This document shows, in pieces, positions 1-13,900 of a stretch of 64,000 bases of DNA. Under the pieces are notes generated by a model, which was given only the letters and a program-made list of their open reading frames with translations, was not told the origin of the DNA and made no database searches. This DNA is from the human T2T-CHM13v2.0 reference genome, Homo sapiens: the NCBI RefSeq assembly GCF_009914755.1, contig NC_060948.1, one strand, 5' to 3'. Position 1 is the stretch's first letter. Every line of letters begins with the position of its first letter. The translations under genes were made by a program, and so were the position numbers.

Positions 1-243
1 ATAACAACTCCATTTTTGTACTTTTATTTACAAAATTAATTTAGAAGCATAATTCCTAATTCAAATAACTACTTCCTAATGTCTTCCTATATTCCATCAC
101 AATAAATACCTCCAATTCCCAGGGCACAGCAAACAGCAAAAACGATAACAGTAACAAAACTAGTTATATATTAGTTGCTGTCTGTTCAAGGTTGATCAAG
201 AAGTAGATTCTAAATTTTCCACAAAGAGGTCTCTAAAGCATAA

Positions 244-624
<381 letters not shown>

Positions 625-1948
625 TAGAAAGAAGTGCATTCATCATTATGGCTGAATTACTGCTATAATCTTTATATTCTTTTGAAACTCTTCTTTATAT
701 TATTATATTACCTATAAAACTGCTTTTTTGTTTTTGATGCTTAGCCTATTTTTGCCTTAATTCAGCAATAATAGTTATTATGTGTATTAATTGTATAATA
801 AATTGAAGTATACCCTACACTTTTTAGACAATATATCATAGGTGACATTGAACTTAGTTTATGTACATTTATTTAAAATGACATCTACTAACGTATGGAT
901 TTTGAGAAAATGTTGAAAAAAGTCTATAATGTCTGCTTCCTCATCTGTAAAATAAATGATTTGTAATAGATTGTCTCCAGGTGTCTTACAAAACTAAAAT
1001 TTTGTGTTCTATAATAGACAGAAGTAAAACAAGCAGTTTCAAAGAATGTAAGAATTATACCAATACTTCAGGGAAAAAAATGTCATATCTTTTGAACAAT
1101 TCACTAGGTAAGTTACACACTTTGTGATGATAAATACCCAACTTTCTAAGGAACATACTCAGAAAACTTCAAGTGCTATGTTTTCGAGAGAATATTATAT
1201 AATTGGTGCTAGAACTGAAATAAAATAAATAGCAGTCTCAGGCAGTTTTATACGTATTACTATGTTTATTAATAAGCAGCAACCATGTCCCTTCATTTTC
1301 TTCTTATCACTGAACACAAAATGTAAGGAGAAAATCTTTGTCAAAGTTTTTGAAAAATTTTATTAACATGAAGAGGTCCTTCCCTGTTTCTGTGCTGAAC
1401 AGTACATTTCAATCAGCAACAAAAGTAAGTGGTATCTGTAATTCTGACCATGAGTTTTGTAATACTGTGTGATGACAGCTGAAATATGAGATATGGACCA
1501 TCAAGTTTGCTTAACACTGATCACAGCTGCCTTTTCAAATTCAAGAGAACCCAGCATTCTTTTGTTGTCATGAATTAATATATCAATATTAAATAAAATT
1601 AAATTTTTGTGAGAATTTCTTATCTTTTACTCTGTAGGAAATAAACAGCTGTTTTTTTTTCTATTTGAATTAACATTTTGTATTGTCTTTGTTTTCCCTT
1701 GTTATATTATATCCACTTTTAAAAATGAAAATGAGATTCTCCAGGAACTTTGACTTTAGTGGAATGAAAAATTCATCTTGTAGCTGGTTGGTAAAAAAAA
1801 AGTAAATATTAGAGGAATTAAGAATATATATGGGTTCTTTCCAATGCATGGTGCAATCCTGTCCACAGGTCTTCATTAGCAAATGGTGGTGGTATTTATC
1901 TGAATGGATAGCCAAACAGTTTATTTCCATAAAAATATCAGGGTTTTA

Positions 1949-3788
1949 AACTGGTATAAAAAAAAGGAAGAAAAAGAAAAAAACCCCAAAACCACAGGTT
2001 TCTAGCAATGATGACTGAGTGGGGGCAAGGAAGACTCAACCTAAGTAGTATTTTAACAAATCTGTCATGTTTGAATGGTGAGAGCTCCATGGAAGAAAGG
2101 AGATGCCAAGTAGTGCTTCAAAGCTTCGGACCACAACCAAAACACAGCATCATTTCAAACAGAAGCAGCAGCCAAACACTGTTCACTTTGATACGGTTCA
2201 ACGATGCTGACATCAATATTTAATCATCTGCTCACTCATCCAGGAAGAAGGGGAGATCAGTTACTACTGTACTGTGATTGTGTTCAACTCAATCATCATG
2301 TTATAAAAACAGCAAGCTGCCATAATGAAAAATAAAGTTCCTCTATCCAGTACCAGTAATCTTCAGTTCTTCACCTCCAAGCCTACAAACACCATAACCA
2401 TATCCAAAGAACATAGGGGAGCAAAAAAAACCACACCTGATGTATTAGCTGGGACCACGATATTGTTCAGGCTGAGTTATTCCTCTGCAGTCTTATTTTC
2501 CTTATATTTTTGGTGTTTCATCTAATCATAAGGATTTTTAGGTCTAAATTATATGTACTCAAAAAAAATGTGTGCATATATTTATATATAAATTCTGACT
2601 GAAGATGCATAGCCATCAGCCCAGCGCATGTTAACATAGTAGGTGCAAGCTTGCAAAGCCTCATTTTTACTGGTATAGCAGCTGTGTGTCAGTGTAAATT
2701 CCTCCTATGTCCCTTGTACATCTCCAAGCTCTGAACAGGAAAATGTTACAGACCATTTTGCCCCTTTGGCTTCTGGCATTATATGACTTAATCCTCCATG
2801 TTTTCCCTCTCCATCTCCCAATCACCTGCAATAAACCATAGCCTTTAAGATTTTGTTTCTTCAGTTTTGATCATCTGAGGTTTGATTGGTCCAGTTCTAA
2901 CAGGTTTGGTGGCTATGGATGGTGCAGTGGGTGGCTTTTCTTCTACTTTTCCGTGACAGACACCAGGAGGGTTGGCCAGTGTTTCAGGAGTTTTACTTGA
3001 ATCACACCAGTTTTTAGCTGATGTTCATGAAGAACAGTGACTACCTAGAACTGTGCCCCTAATTAAAGGAAATCCTAAGAAGGTGCATTTCTTTACAGAG
3101 CTGTGTCATGCCGTCCTTTGGGCCCCCTTCTGGAAAAGTAGAATCAACTCTCGAATAATGCCTTTTTAATTGTATCCTCTAGTATTATAGATATAGGACA
3201 GTACTGTATCATACCTCTGTGAATGTAAAATATCTTGTACTTGCTTGATGATACTTAGTAGTGACCATACTTTATAAGAGCTGTTTTTAATTAGGTTATT
3301 CTAGAATGTTTTCTTTCCACATGATGATTCAGAAGCTAATTTTAAAAAATGGTGCCAGGTACCACAACAGTAACAGAACTTTGTAGTTTTCTGGGGTTTT
3401 GTTTTTTACCTCCCCCCGCCATTTTTTTAAATGGAGTGTGCTGGATGTCTCTATAATTTTGTTCAGATGACCGCAGAACCTGGAAAAACTGTTGCTGCTA
3501 TTGATCCGTAACATACTGCTGTTATTGATCTATATATATATATGCACACATATATATAATTTCAATTTTTGGAAACTTTAGATGTGCTGTCAACTTTGGA
3601 AAAAGTACCCCAGTTTACTGTGTTGAGTTGGCATTGTACAGAAATTAACGGCCATATTGGTCTACAAACATTAAACTTATTTTTTTCGATTTGTACAGGG
3701 GTAACACACTGTATTAAATATGTAAGGTCTTATGTACATGGGTTTGATTATAGAAACTAATAAAGTATTCTCTAAATAATGAAAAAAA
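1949..3788. pseudogene. PRRC2CP1: Processed pseudogene of PRRC2C (3' end of CDS plus 3'UTR), 5'-inverted; probably PRRC2CP1
   Basis: Minus strand 3003->2845 translates to DSSKTPETLANPPGVCHGKVEEKPPTAPSIATKPVRTGPIKPQMIKTEETKS*, matching the recalled PRRC2C C-terminus. Plus-strand part ends with AATAAA (3759-3764) and an A tail (3782-3789). TSD ATCAGGGTTTTA at 1937-1948 and 3789-3800. Confidence 0.85.
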
Positions 3789-3895
3789 ATCAGGGTTTTA
3801 GCCACATAATCAGCAACATTGGTATATGCATGAAACTGTGCTAAATAGCATAAAAGAATGCAAAAGCCCTGCCCTAGTATGAGAAACAAGAAATG

Positions 3896-3896
<1 letters not shown>

Positions 3897-3930
<34 letters not shown>
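3897..3930. repeat. (CA)n microsatellite
   Basis: Directly visible. Confidence 0.98.
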
Positions 3931-3932
<2 letters not shown>

Positions 3933-4109
3933 AAACACATACACAATATAAACATTGATAGTTGACAAGCAGAACTTAATGGAGAATGACAAAGTGAGAA
4001 TCGTGCCCCATAGGCATTTATTTTAAAAGCTGATTTGCCTGGAGTAAGGCAAATTTTGAAAGTGTCAACTTTTTATCAAGCAATTTTAACCTGTACATGT
4101 AATTCCTTT

Positions 4110-4270
4110 ATGTAAACTATTTAAATCTCATGCAATCTTATGAAGCAGGTATTATTTTCTCCCAATTTTATAGGTTAAGAAACTGAGGTTTGTGGGGATT
4201 AAGTCATTTAATCAAGATAAAATAGCTAGCAAATGATAAACTTAGTTTTTTAAATCTAGGCCTATATGCC
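4110..4270 (-). mobile_element. MIR fragment
   Basis: ...CCCAATTTTATAGGTTAAGAAACTGAGG...TTAAGTCATTT...CAAG resembles the reverse MIR core; boundaries approximate. Confidence 0.65.
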
Positions 4271-4719
4271 CACTGATCTAGAATTCTTAATAAATAGAGA
4301 TGCTACACTTTCTAAATTCCCCTGTATATTTCATTAGAAAAAAGATCTTATTTGTTTTCTTTATTCTATTTTTTGTGTCCAGCAAAATTCCAGGTATATA
4401 TATTAGATATACAAGAAATATTTGTAGAGTGAATGAATGATCAGTAAAAGCATAAAATATGGAGGCTTTTAAGAAAAAAGACAGAAAAGAATAAGCCCAA
4501 AATGTATATAGCATATGGTTCACTGACCACTATAAATAAGATATAGACATAAAATTCACTAAATATAGAAAAATAAAATAGAAGAAGTAGAATTCCCCAA
4601 GTTAGCCCTGGTAGCAGGAGATTTGGCAAAGAACCTCTATCAAGTGGATGAAGGAAGCAGAGATTTTAAAAAAGGAAAAAAAAAATGGAGAAAGATGACA
4701 TTGGCATTAGCTCATTTGA

Positions 4720-6460
4720 AAGTAATGTTTTCTTTAGAATATCTTTAAATTTTCAGAAAAGTTGCAAATACAGTTCAGAGTATTCCCATGTATTCAACAC
4801 CCAGTTTCCCCCCTTATATTAATAAATTGCCTTTGTAAGGCACATTTTTCAAAACTGACAAATCAATATTGATACATTACTGTTAATTAAAGCCCATACT
4901 TTTTTCAATTTTCTTAATTTTAACTAATGTGTTTTTTCTATTACAAGACTTCATGCAGGATATCACATTATACTAGTTATCATGTCCCCTTAGGCTCCTC
5001 CTGTCTATGACAGATCTTAGAATTTCTTTGTTTTTGATGACATTGGCAGGTTTGTAAAGTACTAATCAAGTAATTTGTAGAATGTCACTTAATTGGAATA
5101 TGTCTAATTATTTGTCACATGAGTAGACTGGTTACGTTTTTTTTTTTTCCAGAAGATTGTGGAGGTAAAGTGTCTTTTGTGTCACATTATATCAAGGGTA
5201 CATGCTATGAACACACTTTCTCACTGGCAATGTTAACCTTGATCACTAGGCAAAGTTAGTGTTTGTCAGGGTTCTTCAACTATAAAAGTCAGTATTTTTA
5301 CCCCTTCACGTACTATACAGCTCAAAAGAATGTCCTCATGTTCAGCCAACACTTATGAAGTGGAGCTCCTTGTGGGGGTAGTATCTAATTTAAATTATTT
5401 GGAATTCTTCTGAATGGGACATTTGTTCATTGTCCCTCATTTAGTTACTTATTCATTTATTTATGTCAATGTGGACTCATACATATTTGTTTTTTCCTTA
5501 TGTTATACTACAATGTAATTTATTCATTTTGTTTTTCAAATTCTTCCACCTTTGGTTATTGAGATCTCTTTCTTTGTTTTGTTTTGTTTTGTTTTGTGTT
5601 TGTTTTGAGTCAGGGTCTTGCTCTATTGCCCAGGCTGAAGTGCAGTTGTGTGATCATTGTTCACTGCAGTCTCAAACTCTGGGGTCTAAATTATCCTCCT
5701 GCCTCAGGTCCCACATAACTGGGACTATAGGCATGTGCCACCACACACAGTCAGGTGTTTTATATTTTGCACAAGTTCAGTCTTGCTCTGTTGCCCAGAC
5801 TGTTATGGAAATCCTGGCCTAAACTAATCCTCCTTCCTCAGTCTCCAAAAGTGCTGGAATTACATGGGTGAGCCACTATTCACCGCTGGGAGCTCTTTAA
5901 GTAAACTCCTATGCTAATTTGGCATACCCAATCATTGTGCATGTGTGTGTTTCCTATCATTTAATTGTTGAGTATTTCCTTTACTTTCTGTCATTACACA
6001 ATGCTCCAAGTTTATCTTCTATAGTTTTTAAAATGTCCTAAAATCCATTATTTCCCAGGTAAATCTGCTCCTGTTTATTGGATAAAGGTACTAAAAACCA
6101 GACCAAGTTTATTGGATCTGGTTTCTGGGTGTTCTTATTGTTATTGATGTATCCTTTTTTCAAGGTCTTCTCAGCTAGCAGAGCAATAGGGGTATGCGTG
6201 TATGCTAGCCCATGTGTGTACAAATATTTATCAATCTAAGGTTACTCATTTATCATCTCTATCTATATGAAGTAATTATTAGTTCATACTTTTGTTTCTA
6301 AGTAATCAATTACAACAATGATAAATCTAGTTATTTTTATTTGCTTGTTCTCCAGAAGTAAGAAACAAGGCTATCAACATCTGACATTCATTTACTTGTT
6401 TATTCTAGCACGCATTTATACTAGTTTCAGAATTGTTAGTCCATACCTTATCAATCAAAA
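4720..6460 (-). mobile_element. Old L1M (L1MC-like) 3' region, interrupted by an AluJ
   Basis: AGAAAAGTTGCAAA...TTCCCATGTATTCAACACCCAGTTTCCCC is typical of a reverse L1MC 3'UTR; boundaries approximate. Confidence 0.6.
5575..5885 (-). mobile_element. AluJ, diverged
   Basis: (GTTTT)n tail then GAGTCAGGGTCTTGCTCTATTGCCCAGGCTG...GGATTAC-like...GAGCCAC. Confidence 0.88.
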
Positions 6461-6464
6461 TACA

Positions 6465-9400
6465 CCTGACATGCCCTACAAGAAATGCTAGAAAGAGTTC
6501 TTCAAGCCAAAATGAAAGCATACTAGATGTTAATGTGAAGCCAGATGAAAATATAACTATATTTAGTGACGTTAAATACATCAACAGTATGAAAACCAGG
6601 ATTATTGTAATATAAATTTTTCTTCAGAATTTAAAAAAACAAAATGCATAAAAATGTATAAGTCTATCTTAATGAATGCACAATATATAAAGATGTACTT
6701 TGTGATATTAATAATACATAGCAGTAGGGCAGAGAGATAAAGTAGAGTCTATATATGCAAATAAAGTTTAATTGATATCAATTTAAAATAGATTGTTGTG
6801 ACTTTAAGGTATGATATTCAATCCCTATAATAACCACAAGGAAAATATCTATGAAATATACACAAAAAGAAATAAGAAGAGAATTAAAACATGCTATAAC
6901 AAAAACTCAACTAAACAAGAGAAAGAAGAAGTAATGGAGGGAATGATGAATGCAAAAATTAATAAGCATGCAGAAAATGATAACGAGATTGCAATATAAG
7001 CCCCTACCTATAAGGATTTTTAAAAAATATAAATGGACTAAATCCCTCAATTGAAAGGCATAGATAAGTGGGTGAATTGTTTTAAAATAATCCAATTACA
7101 TTCTGTGTACAAGAGACTCATTATAGTGGAAAATAAAAAGATGGGAAATATATTCCATGCATATTAATAACCAAAGAAGTGTAGTAGTGGCTATACTAAT
7201 ATTAGAATAAAATAGTCTTTATGTAAAAAAACTGTTACGAGACAAAAAAAGAACATTATATGTTGATAGGAGGTTTAACTAACCAAGAATATATAACAAT
7301 TATAAACAAATATGCACCAAACATCAAAGCTCCGAAGTATGTAAAGCAAACATTCACAGAACTGAACAAATATATAGAAAATTCTACAATAATAGCTGGA
7401 GACATAAACAGGAGTATTTCATTTGATAACAGAAAGAGCACACAAAAAATTGGTAGAGACTAGGAAAGTTCATAGTACTACAGACCAAGTTGACATAATA
7501 GACATACAGAATGCTCCTCACATTGAGAACTGAATATACATTTTCTTCAAGTGATTATGGAACAATCTTCAGGAAATTTCATATTTTACACCCCGAAACA
7601 AGTTTCAATAAATTTTTAAAGACTAAAATTCAACAAATATCATATCTGAACTCAGTGGAATACAACCAGAAATCAAGAACGAAAGGAACAATGGAAAATT
7701 CACAAATATGTGAAAACTGAAAAAAAACACTCTTGACCAACCAATAGATCTAGGAAGTAACTATTAAAAATATTTTAAAAATCATGGGAGAAATGAAAAT
7801 TAAATACAACAAGCCAAAAGGTATGAGATGCAGCAAAAAAAGTAATAAGAAGACAATTTAGAACTATAAGCAATTATATTAAAAGGGAAGAAAAATCTCA
7901 AATCAAAAGTCTAATTTTATACCTTAAGAAACTAGGAAAAGAAAAGTTTAAACACAAATCTAGCAGAAGGATGAAAATAACAAAAATAAGACAGGAGACA
8001 AACAATACAGATAATTTAAAAATTGAGAAAATTGATAACATCATGAGATGATTTTTGTAAAAAGATAAACAAATTGAGAAGGCTTTAGCTTCATTGACTT
8101 AAGCAAAAAAAGATAATACTCAAATACCTAATTCAGGCATAATAGAGAAGACATGACTATTGACTTTATAGAAATAAACAGGATTGCCAGATGTTACTAT
8201 GTTATAAAAACCTATAGCTATTAAGAAGATTGAAACAGTAATTAAAAACTTTACAACAAAGAAAATCCCCAAACATTTGACTTCACTGGTAAATTCTATA
8301 ACACATTTGAAGAACTAACACCAGTTCTTCTTAATCTCTTTTAAAAATTTAAGAGTATAGAATATTTTCAAACTCATACTGTGAGGTCAGCATGGCCCTG
8401 ATAACAAAGACAAAGGCATTATCAAAACACTGTAAACCATTATCTCTGATGGATGTTGATAAAAAAAATCCTCAAAAATTACTCACAATGTAAAAGTGAT
8501 GGCATATTAAATGGATTATAAACCATGAACAGGTAGTATTAACTGCTAAAATCTAAGGATGCTCTACCATACTAAAATCAATTAATGTAACATGCCACAT
8601 TAACAGAATAAAGGGGAAAATAATATCAATCATCTTACTTGTTGCAGAACAAAATTTATTTCAACATCACTTGATTCAAAAAGTTAAAGCTAGGAAACAA
8701 AGAAAACTATTTCAACATAATAAAATTCATATATAAAAAACACAGTTAACATAATCAATGGTGAAAGACTAAAAGCTTTTCTTCTAAAATCAGGAAAAAG
8801 ACAAGGATGTCTCCTTTCATAATTTTTATTTTATTTTATTTTATTCAATTTTATTTTTATAGTATGGGAAGTCCTAGTTAAAAGAGTTAAGCAAAAATAA
8901 ATAAATAAGTAAAGTAGAAGTCTTCCAAATTGGAAAGGAAGCAGTAAAATTGTGTCTGTTTGCAAATGGCATTATCTTAAATGCAGAAAACTTGAAAGAT
9001 TCCACGAAAAATACCCCTAATAGAACAAATAAATGAATTCAGCAAATTGTAGGACACAAAATGAATATGCAAATATTACTTGTGTTTGTATACATTAACA
9101 ATGAACAATTCAAAAAGAAATTCATTTACAAGTTCAAAAAATAAAACATTTAGAAATCAACTTAACCAAAGAGGTGAACAATTGTACATTAAAAACTACT
9201 GGCTAGGCATGTTGGCTCATGCCTGTACTCTCAGCACTTTGGGAGGCTGAGACAGGAGGATTGCTTGATGACAGGAGGTTGAGACCAGCCTGGGCAATAG
9301 TAAGACTCCATCTCTACAAAACAGACAAACAAAAAACTACAAAATTTTGCTGAAAGAAATTAAACAAGACACCAATACATGGAAAGACATACCTTATTTA

Positions 9401-9600
9401 TAGGTTGAAAAACATATTTTCAAAATGAAAATACTATACAAAATTATCTACAAATTAAATACAAACCCTGTCAAAGTCCTAATGATGTTATTTTAGAAGT
9501 AGAAAAATCCACTCTACAATTTACATGAAATCTCAAAGGACTGCCTAGCCACAATATTGAAGAAGAAAAAGAAAATAGTTGGAGATCCCAGACTTCCTAA
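6465..9600 (+). mobile_element. Old L1M: end of ORF1, inter-ORF region and degraded ORF2
   Basis: ORF fragments such as ITIINKYAPNIKAPKYVKQT..IIAGD (L1 endonuclease) and an FADD-like TTTGCAAATGGCATT at about 8960; many stops. Confidence 0.85.
9201..9331 (+). mobile_element. FLAM / Alu left monomer inserted in L1M
   Basis: GGCTAGGCATGTTGGCTCATGCCTGTA...GAGACCAGCCTGGGCAA...CATCTCTACAAAA, flanked by AAAAACTAC on both sides. Confidence 0.85.
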
Positions 9601-9619
9601 TTTCTCCAGATATTTAGGA

Positions 9620-11110
9620 ATTTGAAGGATTCTTATCTTGGTCCTGTGGTTAAAAAAAATAAAAAAGCATTTTCAGGAGAGGAACCAAAGATATGGCCAA
9701 AGGACCATTTGTTAAGGATATTAGTGGGGATATAACAAAACTGCACATTATTCATTAGGACAACAGAATAATGAATTTAAAGGCACTTTGGAAATTACTC
9801 CTGCCATCCCTCCCACCACAGGCTCAGAAAGCCAAGACCTGGAAAATAAAATTATGTCAAGAGAGGCCTAGGGTGCCCTAAAGATTTTCTGGCTTGCTGC
9901 TTAGGGCCACCTCAAGTCTCTGCTTCCCGCATTCTAACAGGGCACTGCTGGTTTGCCAAGGGAGCCAAGGTGGCACTTGGACCACTGCTCCCCAGGGAAT
10001 GGATACTTAGCTTTGGTATTGTCCATGTGATCCTAGCTCTGCAGTGTCACAGACTGCTCAAGCTATAGAGCCATGGTGGTCTCCACCTAGGTATTAATGA
10101 ATGTATCAGATAACCTGTGGACCCAAACAGATACCTGCTGCAGGGGTAGTGTCACCAGAGAGTTACCATTAGGGCTATGCCTACAGGAGCTATAGAGTAG
10201 GATTACTTCCAAGGCCCCAGAACTGAAAGCAACCAGTGTGCAATGCTGGTCGGGAAGAGCTGTAGGCATGAAACATCAACCTGTAAGAACTGCTGCATGG
10301 GCTGAGCTCAGCATAGCTATAAGGGTGAGGGTGCCCAAGATGATGGGGGCTGAACCCTCACCCAAGTGTGCCCAGAAGGCAGGATATGGGGTCAAGAAAG
10401 ATTATTCTGGAGCCTTAATATTTGATGTTATTTGCACTGTTGGGTTTAAAACTTATTTGTGACCAGTTACCACCTTTTTTTCTTGTTTATTTCTCCCTTT
10501 TAGGATGGAAATGTCTATCATATGCCTGTCCCACCATTGCATTTTAGAAGTAGATAACTTGTTTGATTTCACAGGCTTACAAATGAAGGGAAATTTGGCT
10601 CAGGATAAACCATGTCTTCAGTCTCACCAATATCTGATTTAGATTCTACTCAAGACTGAACTTTGATCTACTGCTGGAAAGATTTAAGACATTTCTACTG
10701 AATAGAATAAATGCATTTTTTTATATGAGAAGGACATGAGTTTTGGAAATCAGGTGTAGAATGCTATGGTTTGAATGGCTGTCCTCTCCAAATCTCATGT
10801 TGAAATTCTAATTGCTATTGTAAGAGCATTAAGATATGGAAACCTTAAAAGATGATTAAGCCATGATGATTTCACCCTCATGGGTGAGATTGTTGCTGAT
10901 ATAAGAAGGAGAGTTCAGCCCCCTCTTGTCCTCTTTCTCACCCTCTCACATTCCTTCATGTGATGACACAGCAAGAAGTCCCTCATAAGATCTTGGCACC
11001 TTGATATTAGACTTTCGAGCCTTCAGAAATGTGAGCCAATAAATTTCTCTTCATTACAAATTACCCAGTCTCAGATATTCCGTTATCACAGCTCAAAACT
11101 GACTGAGACA
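9620..11110 (+). mobile_element. MaLR (MST-like) internal region plus 3' LTR (LTR about 10762-11110)
   Basis: LTR begins TGCTATGGTTTGAATG, has AATAAATTTC...TTACCCAGTCTCAG and ends GACTGAGACA; upstream sequence resembles MST-int. Confidence 0.8.
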
Positions 11111-12582
11111 CCAGGATTTATGAGCTCAAGAAACAAGAGGTAGAAATGGGAGTGCCACCACTTCCACTAAAATCTCTATTTCCTCTCTAGAAAAATTTGC
11201 GCCTATGTTTCCTGTGACTTTATGCTTTTCTGTCCTAGAGTTTTTAGTTCCAGAGGGAGAAATGCTTCCAGCAGAAGACACAGTGCTTCTATCGAACTGC
11301 ACATTGACACTATCACCCAGCTCCAAGGGGCTCCTCATATGCTTCTGAAGTAACAGGCAAGCAAGGAAGGTTTGATGTTGACTGGCATAATCAATCTTGA
11401 CTGACAACAGAAAAGTGGACTATTATTCCACAGTGGAGGTACTGGAGAGTATGTTTGGAATATAGATTTCTTAAATTGTCTCTTGTTATTACCATGACCT
11501 GTAATTAAAGTCAGAAAACTGTAACAACCCAGTCCAGGCAGGACTCTGAATCGCCCAAAGATTTCAGGAATGAAGCCTTAGGTAACTCCATCAGAACAAT
11601 AATCAGCTGAGGTGCTTAGTGAAGGCAAAGTGAATACAGAATGGGTAAAAAAAGAAGGTAATTAGAAATATTAGCTGTGAACATGTAACCAGTTAGAAGA
11701 ACTATAAACGCCATGGGTATTTACTCCTTATTTTGTTATGAATATATTTGTTTGTGTATATACATATATTAAGCAAATATCATTGTTTTCTTTCCTTTCT
11801 TATTCCCTTATGTAACATATGATATATTGACTTTTTATCAGTAATTATTAATTTTGAATCATAGTATTAAGTTATAGGTTATCAGGAAAAGACTAAACAT
11901 AACTGAAGTGTTTTATATGTTCTTTTGGAGAAAGAATTAGTGTGTTTTCAGTTGTACACAGGATAGCTGTATCATGACAGGTAAAATTTTGACCTTGTTA
12001 TTGGTTTTATTTGGAGATTAAGTATGCTTTAAGAAGATGCAAGTAGGGGCCATTTTGACAAGGGATGGATTTATGATGGTTAATTTTATGTGTCAACTTG
12101 ACTGGGCTAAGGCACGTCTAGATAGCTGGTAAAACACTATTTCTGTAAGCGTGTTCCCAGAAGAGATCAGCACTCGTATTGGTGAATCAATTAAAGTAGA
12201 TGGCCTGGTTCAATGTATGTGGGCATCATCCAAGCAGATGAGGGCCTGAATAGAACAAAACAACAGACGAAATATAAATTCACTCTGCTTGAGCTGAGGC
12301 ATTCAACTTCTGCCCTCGGACATCAGTTCTCCTGCGTCTCAGGATTTCAGACTCAGACTAGGGTTTATACCATCCATGGGCCGCCTAATTCTCAAGCCTT
12401 TAAACCTGGACCGAATAATACCACTGACTTTCCTGGTTCTCCAGTTTGCAGATGGCAGATCATGGGAGTTCTAGCCCCCGCCTAACCATATGGGCCAATT
12501 GCTGTAATAAATCTCCTCTTATTTATCTGCATCCATATCTATATCTATATCTTACTGATTCTTTCTGAAGAACCCTGATATA
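11111..12582 (+). mobile_element. ERVL internal 3' region plus MLT2 LTR (LTR about 12072-12582)
   Basis: PPT-like TTGACAAGGGATGGAT followed by TGATGGTTAATTTTATGTGTCAACTTGACTGGGCTAAG (MLT2 start); ends at about GAAGAACCCTGA. Confidence 0.8.
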
Positions 12583-12857
12583 GTTGTATAACTGTAAATT
12601 TACCAAAAATCACTAAATTTTACACACTTTAAATGGGCGAATTATATGGTATGTAATTGTAACTTGATAATGTTATTTTTTTAAAGTACCAATAGCCTAA
12701 TACACATAAAAAAGCTATTTACAGATATAAAAAAGGGAAAACCTCATTTATACTAGTAGCAGCAACAACAAAACATACAAATTAACATAAAAATGTTTAA
12801 AGCATTTAAAAAGAAAATCTCAAAACCTTTCTAAAGACACAAAAATAATCAGAAACA

Positions 12858-13838
12858 GGAGGCAAGAGCAAAATGGTCAGCTAGATGCAGCCAAGTGAAA
12901 CAGCTCCCACTAGGACTAAGATGACTAACGTGCTTCTAACAGATATTCAGAGAAGGCACTGAGATTGGATGAAGGGAATACACAGAAGTTGGGATGAAGA
13001 GGGAGAAACCTGGGACTTTAAACCAAAAAAGAGTAAAAAAGACAAAAAAGGCATTGCATAATGGTAAGGGTTCAATTCAACAAGAAGTTTGAACTATCCT
13101 AAATATATATGCACGCAATGCAGATGCAGCCAGATTCATAAAACAAATTCTTAGAGACCTTCAAAGAGAGACTGTTACACAATAATAGTGGGAGACTTTA
13201 ACACCCCACTGACAATACTAGAACATCAAGACAGAAAATTAACAAAGATGTTCAAAACTTGGACTCAGCACTGGATCAAATAGACCTGATAGACATCTAC
13301 AGAACTATCCACTGAAAAACATTAGAATACACATTCTTCTCATCACCACATAACACATACTCTAAAATCAATCACATAATCAGGATTAAAACACTCCTCA
13401 GCAAATGCAAAATAACTGAAATCATAACAAACTTTTGGACCACAGCACAATCAAATTAGAAATCAAGATTAAGAAATTTACTCAAAACCAAACAATTACA
13501 TGGAAATTGAATGACCTGCTCCTGAAGGACTTTTGGGTGAATAATGAAATAAAGGTTGAAATCAAGTTCTTTGAAACTAATGAAAACAAAGATACAACAT
13601 ACCAGAATCTCTGGGACACAGCTAAGGCAGTGTTAAGAGGAAAATTTATAGCACTAAATGCCCTTACCAAAAAGTTAGAAAAATCTCAATTTACCAACCT
13701 AACATCACAACTAAAAGAACTAAAGAACCAAGAGCAAACCATTCTTAAAGCTAGCAGAAGACAAGAAATAACCAAAATCAGAGCTGAACTGATGGAGATT
13801 GAGACATGAAAAACCATTTTAAAAAATGAATCCAAGAG

Positions 13839-13900
<62 letters not shown>

